IMG/VR virus record: IMGVR_UViG_3300020472_000035
Span: 1-53,895 of that record
Source of the DNA: a virus
Lineage: Duplodnaviria; Caudoviricetes
DNA: 53,895 bases
Strand: one strand, 5' to 3'
The translations under genes and the position numbers were made by a program. The notes below the pieces were generated by a model that did no database searches, was not told where the DNA came from, and was given only the letters and a program-made list of their open reading frames with translations. Positions 1 through 10,924 of the stretch are shown in pieces (within the stretch, counting starts at the first letter, position 1; each line of letters opens with the position of its first letter).

Positions 1-1576
1 CTTGTACTTTACCAGCAGCATCTGATGCAGTGATTGTAACAGCATTCTCTGCACCAATAATTACTTTACTATCACCACCACCTAAGTTAGTTGCAAAAAT
101 GCTTAACGTTCTAAGAGAACCTGAGTTCTGTGTAGTCTGGAATGTTAGATTACCATCTCCAGTCTTGTCTAGAGTTTGTGCAACCCCTCCGTCGAGGGTA
201 ATGTCAGGATCACTGATATAGGTGCGGACGTTGATGTCAACCTCTCCAGCACTACTATCACCCGTATTATTTGCACTAAACAGAAGATTGCCGCTTGTAT
301 CATTAACCTTGACATAATTTAGATAGTTGAATCCACGATAACCTGTGGTGGCGGTAAGTTCTTGATCTAATGCGAAGTCTTCTTTGGTGTTACCATCTGC
401 AAAGGAAACTCTACTGTTTTGTAATTGACCATTGTCAACACCAGCAGCAGCAATACTAACATGACCTGTTGCTGCTACATCAAAATCTTCTTGAGCAAAT
501 GATGCTAAACCTTTTTGTTTAGTTGTAACTGCACCAAGATATCTCCAACTTCCAGTATCACTAGTATCTGAATGAGTTGGAGCAGCTTCACCAGCAGCAA
601 TTCCTAATAGTGCTTGATAGAGTTTTGATGCATTAGTAATTTTATCTTCACGAACATAGGTAGTACCTGCATTATAAGCAAGTGCTTCGGTTCCTTCTAC
701 TGCTGTTGCAATAGGAAGATTTGTAGCAGAAGTTAATCTACCATCTTCGTTAACTGTAAATTTCGTAGCGTTTACAGTTTCTGTTCCAAATGGTTCGCTG
801 TTAGATCCAACAGCATTTACTGATGTTAAAGATTCAGTATTATAATCACCTGAAGTTACAGAAGTTGTTATAAGATTGATGGTTGGGTTACCATTAACAC
901 CCGCACCATTATTAATTTGTATTTTTCCAGCAGTACCAGTAATGGTTCTGGTTGCCATAGAACCACCACTGGTTCTAGCAAGCATACCCGTCGTTGTAAG
1001 ACCTGCAATTGCAACTAAGTCTAAATCATACGGCTGAGCAGAAGAACCCTCTACAGTCCCGTCTAGACCGTATGCAGCAAGGGTTCCGTTATTAGTTGCA
1101 GTATAGTCTATAGCATTGGTAATTCTACCTTTAGCATCTACAGTAACTATATTGTATACACCTGTAGAACTTGATGTTCCATCATAATGAGGAAGAGTTG
1201 AAACTAGACCAAGTTCCGTTGAAAGATTTAAGTTTGCAGAACCGTCAAATGTTCCTGAAGCAGTAATATCATCAGATAGAGTTATTTGTCGAGTAGATGA
1301 TAATCTAGCAGCAGTTGAAGCGTTACCAATTAGAGTTGCAGTAATAACACCAGCAGCAAAATTACCGTCGGCATCCCTTTGTACTAATGTATTTGCTGTA
1401 TTAGATATTGATTCTACTGGTCTTTCATACCGTAATGTGTTCCATGCCGATACACCATCACCTATCTTAAAGCGACCAGTATCTAATTCGATACCTAATT
1501 CACCTTGAGCAAGTGTCGGGTTAGCGTTTGCCCACTCCTGAGCACCACCTCGCCTTAATTGAATTCTATTTGCCAT
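1..1576 (-). CDS. Tail fibre protein, 3' end runs off the window (not in the ORF track)
   Basis: ATG at 1576, open to the window edge. It begins MANRIQLRRGGAQEWANANPTLAQGELGIELDTGRFKIGDGVSAWNTLRY (Mtd-N/hyaluronidase-type fibre N-terminus), followed by VTVDAKGRIT-type fibre motifs. A late promoter lies upstream. Confidence 0.85.
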   Translation of the reverse strand, partial: MANRIQLRRGGAQEWANANPTLAQGELGIELDTGRFKIGDGVSAWNTLRYERPVESISNTANTLVQRDADGNFAAGVITATLIGNASTAARLSSTRQITLSDDITASGTFDGSANLNLSTELGLVSTLPHYDGTSSSTGVYNIVTVDAKGRITNAIDYTATNNGTLAAYGLDGTVEGSSAQPYDLDLVAIAGLTTTGMLARTSGGSMATRTITGTAGKIQINNGAGVNGNPTINLITTSVTSGDYNTESLTSVNAVGSNSEPFGTETVNATKFTVNEDGRLTSATNLPIATAVEGTEALAYNAGTTYVREDKITNASKLYQALLGIAAGEAAPTHSDTSDTGSWRYLGAVTTKQKGLASFAQEDFDVAATGHVSIAAAGVDNGQLQNSRVSFADGNTKEDFALDQELTATTGYRGFNYLNYVKVNDTSGNLLFSANNTGDSSAGEVDINVRTYISDPDITLDGGVAQTLDKTGDGNLTFQTTQNSGSLRTLSIFATNLGGGDSKVIIGAENAVTITASDAAGKVQ

Positions 1577-1615
1577 TTTATTCTAGGACAACTCTATGAG
1601 AACATGCTTCCAAGT

Positions 1616-1623
1616 TATTTATG
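1616..1623 (-). promoter_or_regulatory. T4-type late promoter CATAAATA
   Basis: Matches NATAAATA, ~40 nt upstream of the fibre ATG and just downstream of a terminator. Confidence 0.75.
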
Positions 1624-1628
1624 CCACT

Positions 1629-1653
1629 AAAAAAGGGGAACTGCGTTCCCCTT
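1629..1653 (-). terminator. Rho-independent terminator
   Basis: Minus strand GGGGAAC-GCA-GTTCCCC followed by TTTTTT, directly after the stop of the 79-aa ORF. Confidence 0.85.
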
Positions 1654-1658
1654 GATTA

Positions 1659-1898
1659 TTATTCAGTTTCAGTCAATTCAGGGGATCCATCGGTAACATC
1701 GTCTCCTTCGATTTCGGGAGGTGTTTCCTCTGGTGGAGCATAATATTCTAGTGCTTCTATAGCACCCTGAAGCTTGAGTGCTTGCACTTCATTCTTTTTA
1801 ATTGATTCAGCAAGTTGCTGATTTTCAGTAATCAGGTTTGAGTATCGGTCTTTAAATTGAACGAGCATCTCATCCTGAGAGATCTTATCCATAGTCAT
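1659..1898 (-). CDS. Small coiled-coil protein with acidic tail (possible fibre assembly helper)
   Basis: 79 aa, heptad-like core, overlaps the upstream stop by 4 nt, followed by a terminator. Confidence 0.7.
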   Translation of the reverse strand: MTMDKISQDEMLVQFKDRYSNLITENQQLAESIKKNEVQALKLQGAIEALEYYAPPEETPPEIEGDDVTDGSPELTETE

Positions 1899-2116
1899 GA
1901 TTTGTCAGCTAACGTTAGTAACAGTGATTTTATCTCACCTATTTCTGATTTTAACCCAGAAACATCATTTTGTAAAGTCTGGAATTCTTCCTTCTCCTTT
2001 TGCTCTGCTTTATATGCTGCCATGTATTGCTTATACTTGGCATCATCAGAGCATTGCACTGATCCATTTGCATCATCTTTGAACCAACCGTCAAGATCTT
2101 TAATAGGAACTTTCAT
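1895..2116 (-). CDS. Small coiled-coil hypothetical protein
   Basis: 73 aa, TAATG coupling to the 2408-aa gene, C-terminal heptads (LQNDVSGLKSEIGEIKSLL). Confidence 0.75.
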   Translation of the reverse strand: MKVPIKDLDGWFKDDANGSVQCSDDAKYKQYMAAYKAEQKEKEEFQTLQNDVSGLKSEIGEIKSLLLTLADKS

Positions 2117-5100
2117 TATACTGCTAAGGCGATTACTCTCAAGTCTTTAATAATAGGTGAGTATGCTTGGTTTGGAGATACGAACACAATTTTTATTTGA
2201 TATTGTGCGAAGTCTAAACCAGCAACTTCATATTCATAGTCACTGAATATTGTTATATCAGATGTTTGTGGTATCTTAGCATTACTAGTGTCAAAGAATT
2301 CCCATCCTAAAGTATCAATAGAATCAGTAGAACCAGAAGGAAGTACTCTATATAGAGGTTTAATCTCAGTATTAGGTGGACGGTAACCTGCAAAGATCAA
2401 CTTAATAGAAGATGATGGATTACTTAGATCTGCGATCTTAGTAATATAACATCCATTATGATCATCACCAACTGGTAATGTTGCTGTATTTGAATCTGCT
2501 GGTGAATTAATTCTTTGACTGATTGTCGTAATAGACATTCTGTCAGTATCAATAACAGGACTTACATTATCCTTTTCACTGAATAATGTTAGATCCATTC
2601 TAAATGACTTAGCACCACTTAATTCAGCAGACTCATTAATTTGTGAACAAACTAATTGTGGAGCAACAAAGTAATTGTCCTCCCCTAGGTTAACATCATA
2701 GAACTCTCCAGTATTACTAAAGGAGTTCTGTGGTAATGATTGACCATTATTAATAGATGTACCAGTAATTGTATTAACCCTTGCTGTGACTAGGGTCTTA
2801 GGCAGAACCATCTTCTGAATCTGCGGTGATAGAATCTCATACTGAATATTTTGTGTTGCCACTACGCTGCTATCACCTGATCTAATACCTAATCTGGCAA
2901 TAGATGATGTAGCAAGATCGTAACTATCTAAAGTAGGATTCATAATAGCAGGATGAGTCTTATTGATCTCAATTAGAGGAATACCATCTAAGTTATAGCA
3001 TTCAACTATTGATTCATCAGTATGACTTGCTGCTGTAGTTCCATCAAGTCCTCTTTCAGCAACAGTTATAGTCTTAGCAGTTCCACTAATAGCAGTGTAG
3101 GACATGATCTCATCATCAATCTTAATATATCCAAGGTTTAATGTTCCAACATTAGCACCATTAATAACAGTATGGAATGCTGTTGCATCATTAACTTGAA
3201 TAGCAGTATCGGAATCTGATATTGATGATGTCAAATATGTATCAGATACTTCAGATTTAATACCTTCAAGAATAACATTGTTATCTGTATCATGCATACC
3301 ATGATGGGAATGTTGAACAGTAATTCTTCTTTGTGATGTAGTATATGTTGGTGTGCTTGCAGGATATGCATTTTGAACAACACTAGATGATACGTTATCT
3401 CCAGAGTAAGTTACAGAAGCAACAGTTGCAGTCTTACCAGAGTCAGCACCAGTAATCTGTTCTGAAGTTGCTGTAAAGACTGTAGAAACATATTTAAGTG
3501 TTAATGATCCATTACCACCACCATTATCTGTCCAAGTAATAACCTCTGCAGTAGGTGCAGCAGCACTGTTACCAGTGATTATTTCACCTACAGTAAAGTC
3601 ACCTGATGCACTACTTACTGTCATTGTGCAAAGAGTCTTAGAAGAAACCAATCTGTTAATAACTGTTCCACCAGTAGCAGAACCAGATTGCCATGTTCCA
3701 GAGATATCATTAATAGTCAACAATACTCCAGCATTACTATCTGTAACTTCTTTAACTGTTCCTTGGGCAAGAGTCGTTTTCTGATAAACACGAGCACCAA
3801 CTGTATAAGGAAGAGTTGCAGAAACAGCATTCATAACCAATTGCAATTCAGGTTGATATGTCTGAATTGGATCAGTTCTTAATACGAGTTTACCACCATT
3901 ACCTGTATCCAGAGGAGCATTATTAAGTGTAAGTTGAGAGGCAACTCCAGTATTGAATACTGCCTTATACACAACAAACTTAAGGTCTTCGTACTGGTCT
4001 GCTGTCCATGTAGTTGCGTTCTGTGATTTAAATAGAACACCAGCGTAAGGCTGTTCAGATATAGTTCTGTCTCCAGTAATATCTAATTCACCCATCCTAG
4101 AGATCCAAACTTGATATTCATTAGAGTCTGAGAAGAGAACAAAGCAATGTTCAATAGACTGTGGAATATAAACAGGTGCTTGGAATGTAAATTTAGTTGC
4201 AATAGCACCAGTTTCAGATGTCTGAATAGTATCAGGTGTTACCGTAACATCGGAGAATGGGAGAATAGCAGTTGTTGGATAACCATTTTCCATCGTTCTG
4301 ATCTGCATAGAGATCGGAATGTTACTATCTTTAGCATTGAAGTAAACATCAACAGAAGTAATGAATACACCACCCTCTTCATCAACCAAGAATGATTGTG
4401 CTAGAGGATCCCACCAACCAACCTGACGTGACTCAGTTCTAGTTGTTCTAACAGTTCTGTCTTGTGTTACTGTGTCTACAACAAGTTCAGCATTTCTAAC
4501 TGCTAATACGTTTTCTTGTAAGGTATTGAGTGTACCTGTTGCTGCATATTCTGTCTGTGCAGCAGATGCGACTGTTCCTGCAGTCCTTGCATCATCTTTA
4601 TTTGTTGTTAATCTTAATAATCTTGTACCAGTAGCCCAACGAGGGTTAGTGCTAACTTGAGGTGGTGGAATAAAGAGTGATCCTTTCCACTGTCCTAATC
4701 TATCTGTAATTAATCTACGATCTCTTACAACTGCTCTAGCACCAGAAGAAGCAAGTAATACTTCACCAACTTGGATATTACCATAGTATTGTCCAACTGC
4801 TTGTGCTGCAAGTGACTCAGTATCAACATTTATAAAGTTAGTTGTTGATGAGTAAGATGAAGGCATATCAGTATCATCATATGGATTCCACTTATAGAAA
4901 TCATTAGGTGAACCAACTCTAAATCTGGCACCACTTGTTAAACCTCTAACTGTTTCACCAATAACAAATGGTGTTGAGTTAGTTCTACTATCAGTGCTAG
5001 GATCTTTAATTACTTCAAGAACCTTCGGCATCAAATAATCACCAACCTTAGTTCCATCGAAGAATCCATAGAACGTAGTTCTAGGCTTCATACGAGCAAC

Positions 5101-8100
5101 AGTTACTTGAATATTTCTAGAACGAATCCAAGGAATAGAAGTTGAAGATACAGTTCTATCTCCCATAGATTGACGATCAATCCTAGGAACTACTCTAGTT
5201 CTAATACCACGTCTGGTTTGTTGATTCGTCGTAGTAACCGTTCTCGATCCCATAACACGACGACCTCTACCACGGACATAGTTCGCAAAGGTGTGTTCTC
5301 TCCATGTACTCCATCCACCACTTGAAGTTCCACTCCATGTAGTATTCCATGATCCCCATTGAATAGGAGCAAATCCATTTTGATCTGCACCTTGCTCTCT
5401 AAATGTGGCTTCAAAATCTCCTTCAATATCAATTACATTGACAGGTAAACGATTAGTATCTACCCAGTCATCTGAAGCAGGAAGTAAATCAATACGACCA
5501 ATATAAGCAAACACGTTAAATGGGTTTACATTCTCTACACGTGATGCATAAGACTGTGTAATTAATGCTAATTCAGTATAAGGTAGAGTAATTAAAGGAC
5601 CAGTCTTTTGATAATTTGCAGATAGGGACTCATTAATTAATAGTGCTACGTTAGTAGTATAGTGTGAAGACTGACAGGTTCCGTTCTCATAACTGAGAGC
5701 AGCACTGTAGTCTGCGTTAACTGTACTGGATTTAGAATGATCTGTAAAGTCATCAACTATAAATCCATTCTTCAAACGATTCTTACCAGAAGAATCCATT
5801 ATCTCAGTATTAAATGTATCACTCTCTAACATGTTGAGTGATGTATAATACTCAACTTGGTCAATACGTTTCTCTAACTTACCAATGTCACGCATGGTAT
5901 AACGTCTGTTATCAGACTTTTCAACAATAACATCAGATGCAGGATCAAATCCATATGGAGCATGGATCAAAGTAGCTAGAAGCATACCATCCTGTAAGTT
6001 GTCTGGTGGAGAAGGAAGCTGCGCTGACTTACCTTTAACAACCTGGAATTCTCCATTAGGTAATAAGAATAGTTTATCAACCCTAGGAAGATACCAATCA
6101 AAGTCACATCTGAAATCACTATTGACTTTAGGAACGTCAAATAGAGTTGCAGCTGGACTACCTGCTGTTGGGAATGTTCTGTGCTTAAAGTCTAATGTAG
6201 CAGCATTTACATATGCTGGAGATGCAACAGATCCTGTTCCAGTAAATAGATTTTTAACACCTGGACGGAAGTCTAAGTAATCAGGTAAGAAGAATTCTTG
6301 GTAATATGGAATGTCTGCATATGCAGTATCCAAGTATGATTGTCCACCGAAGTAGTCTCCAGTAGCAGCATGTGCATAGTAATCTAGAACAATCTTAACT
6401 TTTCTAATTGGTTGTGCAACACCTTTCTTTCTTACAAGTCTTGAAACTCCATATATGAAATTGGTTTGACCAGTTTCTAGTGTATAACGATCTGTAATAA
6501 CTTTAGATCCATCAATAATAGATCCAGTAGAGTCATTAATAATACCTTGAATAGCAATGTTGCTGGTATTATATCCATCAACAGTTTCACCAGAGATGAA
6601 CTTACCACTAAGATAAACAAGTGATAGTTTTAAAGTGCTTGAGTTAAAGTCAACTACTCGTGCTCTAGCACCAGAAGTCTTACCAACAACAACACTCTTA
6701 GTTGCAAAGAACGTTGGTTCAACTAAAGTAATTGAAGGTATTACAGGATCACTATCATCCAATGATTCATAAACAGCATGAACATTGAATACGTCTGTTA
6801 TACCTAATGATATATCTCTATCTTCAATTCTAATTCCGTATACTCCAGAATATGCTAAACCATAGTTTTGCTTATCAAGATTCTGAATTGTTTGATTCAC
6901 CTTCAATACAAACATGTTTGTAGGTGATTTTGTCTTCTTGGTAGTAACGTTTTTAGATATAGATGCAGTAACCTTAACAGAAGTAATTGCACCACCATCA
7001 CCAGTAACATCCAAGTTAACTACCTGAATAGTAGTTCTATCAGCAGAGGTAAATGTTGTATAACCTATAGCACCAGAGTTTACAGTATCAATAGGAATCT
7101 GCTTACCTACAGGATATGCTGCAGAGGTACTACCCATAACAGTGAATGAATATGCGGAGTTTGATATTGCTTCAAACTGTTCATTCTCAGGTAGCGTAAT
7201 TGATATAGCGTTTGCAGCAACTGTCTGTGCATCAAACGTTCTCCTAACAATACATGATTCATCCGAAATGGATTTAACATATGGGCTAGGCATTTCTTTG
7301 AGAAGATTTGCATTCTCAGTCTCCCAAAGTTTTCCTCTATATCTAAGAAGTGTATTATATGTTCCAGCAGCAGGATAGTTAGAACCTGGAGGAGTTACAT
7401 TAACTACTTGAGTAGTAAAGGTAAAGATGTTATTGATATTTGATGAACCTAGGTTAGAAGGATTAACAAAATCAACATCAACATACTTTGTTTCTGAGAA
7501 GTAAATTCTATCGCCAGGTCTTAAGTCTGCAGCGAAATTAGAATTTAAACCAGTAATCTTTTCTGAACCACCAGTAGCATCATATGTAAATGTAGCACCT
7601 TGAAGGAATTTTAAATCTTCTAATATAAGGTCAGAAGTAAATTCTACTGCTAAAGTAGATTCATCCCTACCAACTATCTGACGTGTATCAGAATACTTAT
7701 AGGTATGAACATTAGTAATAGTATCTAAATTTAATCCATCTAGAGTAACCATTTCTCCTTTCTGGAACGCTCCTTCCACCTGATAAACAGGAAGGTGTGT
7801 TGCAGCAGATACGTTATCAATAAGATATGCTCTAGCACCAGAAGATGCTCCCACAACAACTGATCCTCTATTATCTGCAGCACCAGTACTAATTGTTTGA
7901 GCACTACCTAACTGTAGGACAGTGAACATTTGCACATCAAATAAGTGCAAATTATACTTGTCATCTGTATTACCAAAGGTTGTATCTGGATCTTGAAGGA
8001 ATTCTAAGGATGCTGCACGTGCATATCCAATAAGATTACCTTGTGCATCACCAGGAGTTGCTGTGAAGTTATCACGTAATTCTACTGTTTGATATGCATT

Positions 8101-9342
8101 AGCAATCGTAGATCCAGCAGTGTTTAAGAATCCCCAAAGATTCTTAACTTTAGAGTAGTTACCTAAAGTAAATGGGATGATAGTGTTCTGAGCAGCATCA
8201 GTATCCCTTGGTTTTGCTAAGTCAACATAGGTTGGTGATAGAGTCTTAAGTCTATATCCTCTAACATATGCAACACCTGGACCCATCTCAAGAGCATAAT
8301 TGCTTTCTGCTGCATAATTTCCTTGAGCAGTAGTATCACCACTACTGTACACACCATTATTGAACCCATCATTTAGGTTCTCTCTCATAGTAATCTGGAA
8401 ATCTTGCACAACATAGTCACCAGACTCTTCATAAGTTCTGGTAGCAAGAGACCTTTCTAATTCATCATATGCACTACGATCAACTAATTTCTCAATCTTA
8501 TTACCATTGATACGTAGTAATTCGATGAAGTCTTTATCTGCTTCATCTGTAAGTAATTTCTTAACTAGGTTAGTAGTTATTCGGAACCTGTGAGAACCAG
8601 GAGCAGCATAATTAGATGTTCCTGCAGCGTTATCATTGAGGGATAAGTCATCTTCTGGGGTGATGATTGACTCAAGGATTTCAAGTCCGATTCTGTATTT
8701 TGGTGAGCTTCCATACTGATCAAGGAGAATATACTGATATGGTACGTCTACGAAGAAACCACGAATGAAATAAACACCTTCCTGAACATATGCAACAGAA
8801 CCAATTTGAGTTGCTTCAGTAGGAAGTAATTGTGCAAATGGTGATCCAACTTCAATTAGAGTTGTACCAAAAGTGATTTCAGTATCAGTGATTAACTGTT
8901 CATTATTTGTAAATGTATCTTGATTATTTTCTGCTCCACCAGATTCAATGTATTTAAGATAGAGTGTAATATACCCTTTATCTGAATCTGTCGATGAAAT
9001 ACTATAAAGAACCTTGGCTTTAACACCAGAGGTCAAACCTGTAATAATTTTTCCTGTAATCTGACTTCTATAACTTTCAACGTCGGCACCCAAGAATGAC
9101 TCCTGGACCATAATGGCATTAACATTTAAGTCATATCCTACCTGACCTGGAATAACCATCGAACCATCTTTGAATAGATGAGTTCCCATATTCTCAACCT
9201 GATTCTGTAGAATAGATTGAGACTGTGTTAATTCTCTTGCCTGTATTGGAAATCCAGGACGAAATAAAACCCGATAAAAGTTCTTTGCTTTATCAAAGTC
9301 GTCGTAATACGGGGTTACATTTAAATTAGTATTTTGTGCCAT
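2116..9342 (-). CDS. Large virion structural protein, DUF4815/VrlC-like
   Basis: 2408 aa. The N-terminus NLNVTPYYDDFD..KNFYRVLFRPGFPIQARELTQ.QSILQNQ, the MRDIGKLEKRI..EYYTSL motif and the DPLAQSF motif are characteristic of this family. It sits directly after gp8, as in cyanomyoviruses. Confidence 0.85.
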   Translation of the reverse strand: MAQNTNLNVTPYYDDFDKAKNFYRVLFRPGFPIQARELTQSQSILQNQVENMGTHLFKDGSMVIPGQVGYDLNVNAIMVQESFLGADVESYRSQITGKIITGLTSGVKAKVLYSISSTDSDKGYITLYLKYIESGGAENNQDTFTNNEQLITDTEITFGTTLIEVGSPFAQLLPTEATQIGSVAYVQEGVYFIRGFFVDVPYQYILLDQYGSSPKYRIGLEILESIITPEDDLSLNDNAAGTSNYAAPGSHRFRITTNLVKKLLTDEADKDFIELLRINGNKIEKLVDRSAYDELERSLATRTYEESGDYVVQDFQITMRENLNDGFNNGVYSSGDTTAQGNYAAESNYALEMGPGVAYVRGYRLKTLSPTYVDLAKPRDTDAAQNTIIPFTLGNYSKVKNLWGFLNTAGSTIANAYQTVELRDNFTATPGDAQGNLIGYARAASLEFLQDPDTTFGNTDDKYNLHLFDVQMFTVLQLGSAQTISTGAADNRGSVVVGASSGARAYLIDNVSAATHLPVYQVEGAFQKGEMVTLDGLNLDTITNVHTYKYSDTRQIVGRDESTLAVEFTSDLILEDLKFLQGATFTYDATGGSEKITGLNSNFAADLRPGDRIYFSETKYVDVDFVNPSNLGSSNINNIFTFTTQVVNVTPPGSNYPAAGTYNTLLRYRGKLWETENANLLKEMPSPYVKSISDESCIVRRTFDAQTVAANAISITLPENEQFEAISNSAYSFTVMGSTSAAYPVGKQIPIDTVNSGAIGYTTFTSADRTTIQVVNLDVTGDGGAITSVKVTASISKNVTTKKTKSPTNMFVLKVNQTIQNLDKQNYGLAYSGVYGIRIEDRDISLGITDVFNVHAVYESLDDSDPVIPSITLVEPTFFATKSVVVGKTSGARARVVDFNSSTLKLSLVYLSGKFISGETVDGYNTSNIAIQGIINDSTGSIIDGSKVITDRYTLETGQTNFIYGVSRLVRKKGVAQPIRKVKIVLDYYAHAATGDYFGGQSYLDTAYADIPYYQEFFLPDYLDFRPGVKNLFTGTGSVASPAYVNAATLDFKHRTFPTAGSPAATLFDVPKVNSDFRCDFDWYLPRVDKLFLLPNGEFQVVKGKSAQLPSPPDNLQDGMLLATLIHAPYGFDPASDVIVEKSDNRRYTMRDIGKLEKRIDQVEYYTSLNMLESDTFNTEIMDSSGKNRLKNGFIVDDFTDHSKSSTVNADYSAALSYENGTCQSSHYTTNVALLINESLSANYQKTGPLITLPYTELALITQSYASRVENVNPFNVFAYIGRIDLLPASDDWVDTNRLPVNVIDIEGDFEATFREQGADQNGFAPIQWGSWNTTWSGTSSGGWSTWREHTFANYVRGRGRRVMGSRTVTTTNQQTRRGIRTRVVPRIDRQSMGDRTVSSTSIPWIRSRNIQVTVARMKPRTTFYGFFDGTKVGDYLMPKVLEVIKDPSTDSRTNSTPFVIGETVRGLTSGARFRVGSPNDFYKWNPYDDTDMPSSYSSTTNFINVDTESLAAQAVGQYYGNIQVGEVLLASSGARAVVRDRRLITDRLGQWKGSLFIPPPQVSTNPRWATGTRLLRLTTNKDDARTAGTVASAAQTEYAATGTLNTLQENVLAVRNAELVVDTVTQDRTVRTTRTESRQVGWWDPLAQSFLVDEEGGVFITSVDVYFNAKDSNIPISMQIRTMENGYPTTAILPFSDVTVTPDTIQTSETGAIATKFTFQAPVYIPQSIEHCFVLFSDSNEYQVWISRMGELDITGDRTISEQPYAGVLFKSQNATTWTADQYEDLKFVVYKAVFNTGVASQLTLNNAPLDTGNGGKLVLRTDPIQTYQPELQLVMNAVSATLPYTVGARVYQKTTLAQGTVKEVTDSNAGVLLTINDISGTWQSGSATGGTVINRLVSSKTLCTMTVSSASGDFTVGEIITGNSAAAPTAEVITWTDNGGGNGSLTLKYVSTVFTATSEQITGADSGKTATVASVTYSGDNVSSSVVQNAYPASTPTYTTSQRRITVQHSHHGMHDTDNNVILEGIKSEVSDTYLTSSISDSDTAIQVNDATAFHTVINGANVGTLNLGYIKIDDEIMSYTAISGTAKTITVAERGLDGTTAASHTDESIVECYNLDGIPLIEINKTHPAIMNPTLDSYDLATSSIARLGIRSGDSSVVATQNIQYEILSPQIQKMVLPKTLVTARVNTITGTSINNGQSLPQNSFSNTGEFYDVNLGEDNYFVAPQLVCSQINESAELSGAKSFRMDLTLFSEKDNVSPVIDTDRMSITTISQRINSPADSNTATLPVGDDHNGCYITKIADLSNPSSSIKLIFAGYRPPNTEIKPLYRVLPSGSTDSIDTLGWEFFDTSNAKIPQTSDITIFSDYEYEVAGLDFAQYQIKIVFVSPNQAYSPIIKDLRVIALAV

Positions 9343-9348
9343 TCGATT

Positions 9349-10881
9349 TTAGAACTCGATTACGATTTTAATATCTTCTACCTGGTCATTTGCACGACTA
9401 ATAGATCTTCTATTATCTATGTAAACAACGTCACCGCTACTTGAAGCAACTTCAGGTTTTGCATAACCATTATTGAATTTCATACCCAAGTCATATTCAG
9501 TGTTGTTAATAGTCCTAGAAGAGGAGTTTGGTATGGCGGGGAAGTTAACATCAGGTTGACCAGCAGCACCAGATGTAGCACCATTAATAACGTTAGATCC
9601 ATCAAATTCATTCTGTGTTCCAGTAACTTCAGGGAAGATACCGTCAACAGCATTTTGATAGTATTTTAGTAGTTTTGTTGTAGCGTTCCAAGAAACAACA
9701 CGAGCACGTGCAGTAACGTTTGTTCCACCAACAACTCTTGTTTGGGTAATAATCTCATCAGGAACATAATTTCCTTGGAATGTAGGTGAGAATATAACTG
9801 CCTTAGTAGCAGATACAGTCAGGTCTGAAATTAATTCCTCAGTTCCATACTTAAGTGGGTTTGTAATCAAACCAATACGACGATAATCGTTATCAACTGG
9901 GAAGTCTCCAGCACCTTCATCATATGAGAGTTTAGCGTTGATCATAACTCGGAAAGCACCAAGTTCTACAACAGCATCAGCACCATGACCACCAGGAGGT
10001 GGAACTATGACATCGACTTGAGCACCCGTGCCAGTACCAATACCAGTAATATTATCAACAGAAATTTTACCAAAGGTATACCCAGTACCTCCAGAGGTAA
10101 CAGTAGCAGAAATAATTTTACCGCCATCAACCACGATACTAACCCGACCACCAGTGCCATCACCGTTGATAGCAACGTTGTCGTAGGTACCGTTATTGTA
10201 ACCAGAACCAGCAGCGTTAATAACAACAGTATCAATTTCACCAGCAACAGCATTTGTTTTCACCGCATCATTTGTAAATACGGGCATATAGTCGTTCGAG
10301 AAGAACTTCAAAACACTTGCAACTGGAATAGTGTAAACATACTTCCAACGATAAGAATCACCAGTAGTGATAATCGAGGTAGATGTTCCTGTTGGTTCAA
10401 CAGTTGAGGGTTTTCCGTTAGGATCACTAGGAGAAGTTCCGTTATAGATGCACTTATAACATTGATACTGACTGTTTACAACGTAAAAATCAGAATCATA
10501 TAGTTTAGTAGCACCAGAAGCAGCAGTTTTACTTGGAGAATAATCATGACGATACATGTCATAAGTAAATCCCAAACCACCAGTAGTTTGTTCTGGGGAA
10601 ACCCAGTCAATTCTACGAACAACTTGCACAGTGTCAGAAGCCAGCACACGCTTCATTGAAACCATATCATCATAAGAACCAGAAAATTCTGAGAATGAAT
10701 CAACTGCCTGTGGAGGCGAGTTTTCATTATCCCAGCTTTGTGGTCTACCTATGAAAAGGTATAACCTGTCTCTTGTGGCACCTGCGACTTCATCACTTTG
10801 AGTTGCAACTGGACCTTCAAGAGCCTTAATGAATTTTTGTGCTGAAAAAATTCTAAATTGATCAGTTAATAGAGCTGCCAT
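9349..10881 (-). CDS. gp8: Baseplate wedge subunit gp8
   Basis: 510 aa. Motifs LYLFIGRPQSW, FYVVNSQYQCYKCIYN, YRWKYVYTI, YRRIGLITNP and the C-terminal YIDNRRSISRANDQVEDIKIVIEF match T4-like gp8. Confidence 0.93.
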   Translation of the reverse strand: MAALLTDQFRIFSAQKFIKALEGPVATQSDEVAGATRDRLYLFIGRPQSWDNENSPPQAVDSFSEFSGSYDDMVSMKRVLASDTVQVVRRIDWVSPEQTTGGLGFTYDMYRHDYSPSKTAASGATKLYDSDFYVVNSQYQCYKCIYNGTSPSDPNGKPSTVEPTGTSTSIITTGDSYRWKYVYTIPVASVLKFFSNDYMPVFTNDAVKTNAVAGEIDTVVINAAGSGYNNGTYDNVAINGDGTGGRVSIVVDGGKIISATVTSGGTGYTFGKISVDNITGIGTGTGAQVDVIVPPPGGHGADAVVELGAFRVMINAKLSYDEGAGDFPVDNDYRRIGLITNPLKYGTEELISDLTVSATKAVIFSPTFQGNYVPDEIITQTRVVGGTNVTARARVVSWNATTKLLKYYQNAVDGIFPEVTGTQNEFDGSNVINGATSGAAGQPDVNFPAIPNSSSRTINNTEYDLGMKFNNGYAKPEVASSSGDVVYIDNRRSISRANDQVEDIKIVIEF

Positions 10882-10906
10882 TTCCTAAGACTATTGTCCT
10901 CCTGTT

Positions 10907-10914
10907 TATTTATG
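10907..10914 (-). promoter_or_regulatory. T4-type late promoter CATAAATA upstream of gp8
   Basis: Intergenic NATAAATA followed by AGGAGG and the gp8 ATG. Confidence 0.8.
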
Positions 10915-10924
10915 TGTATTCTGC

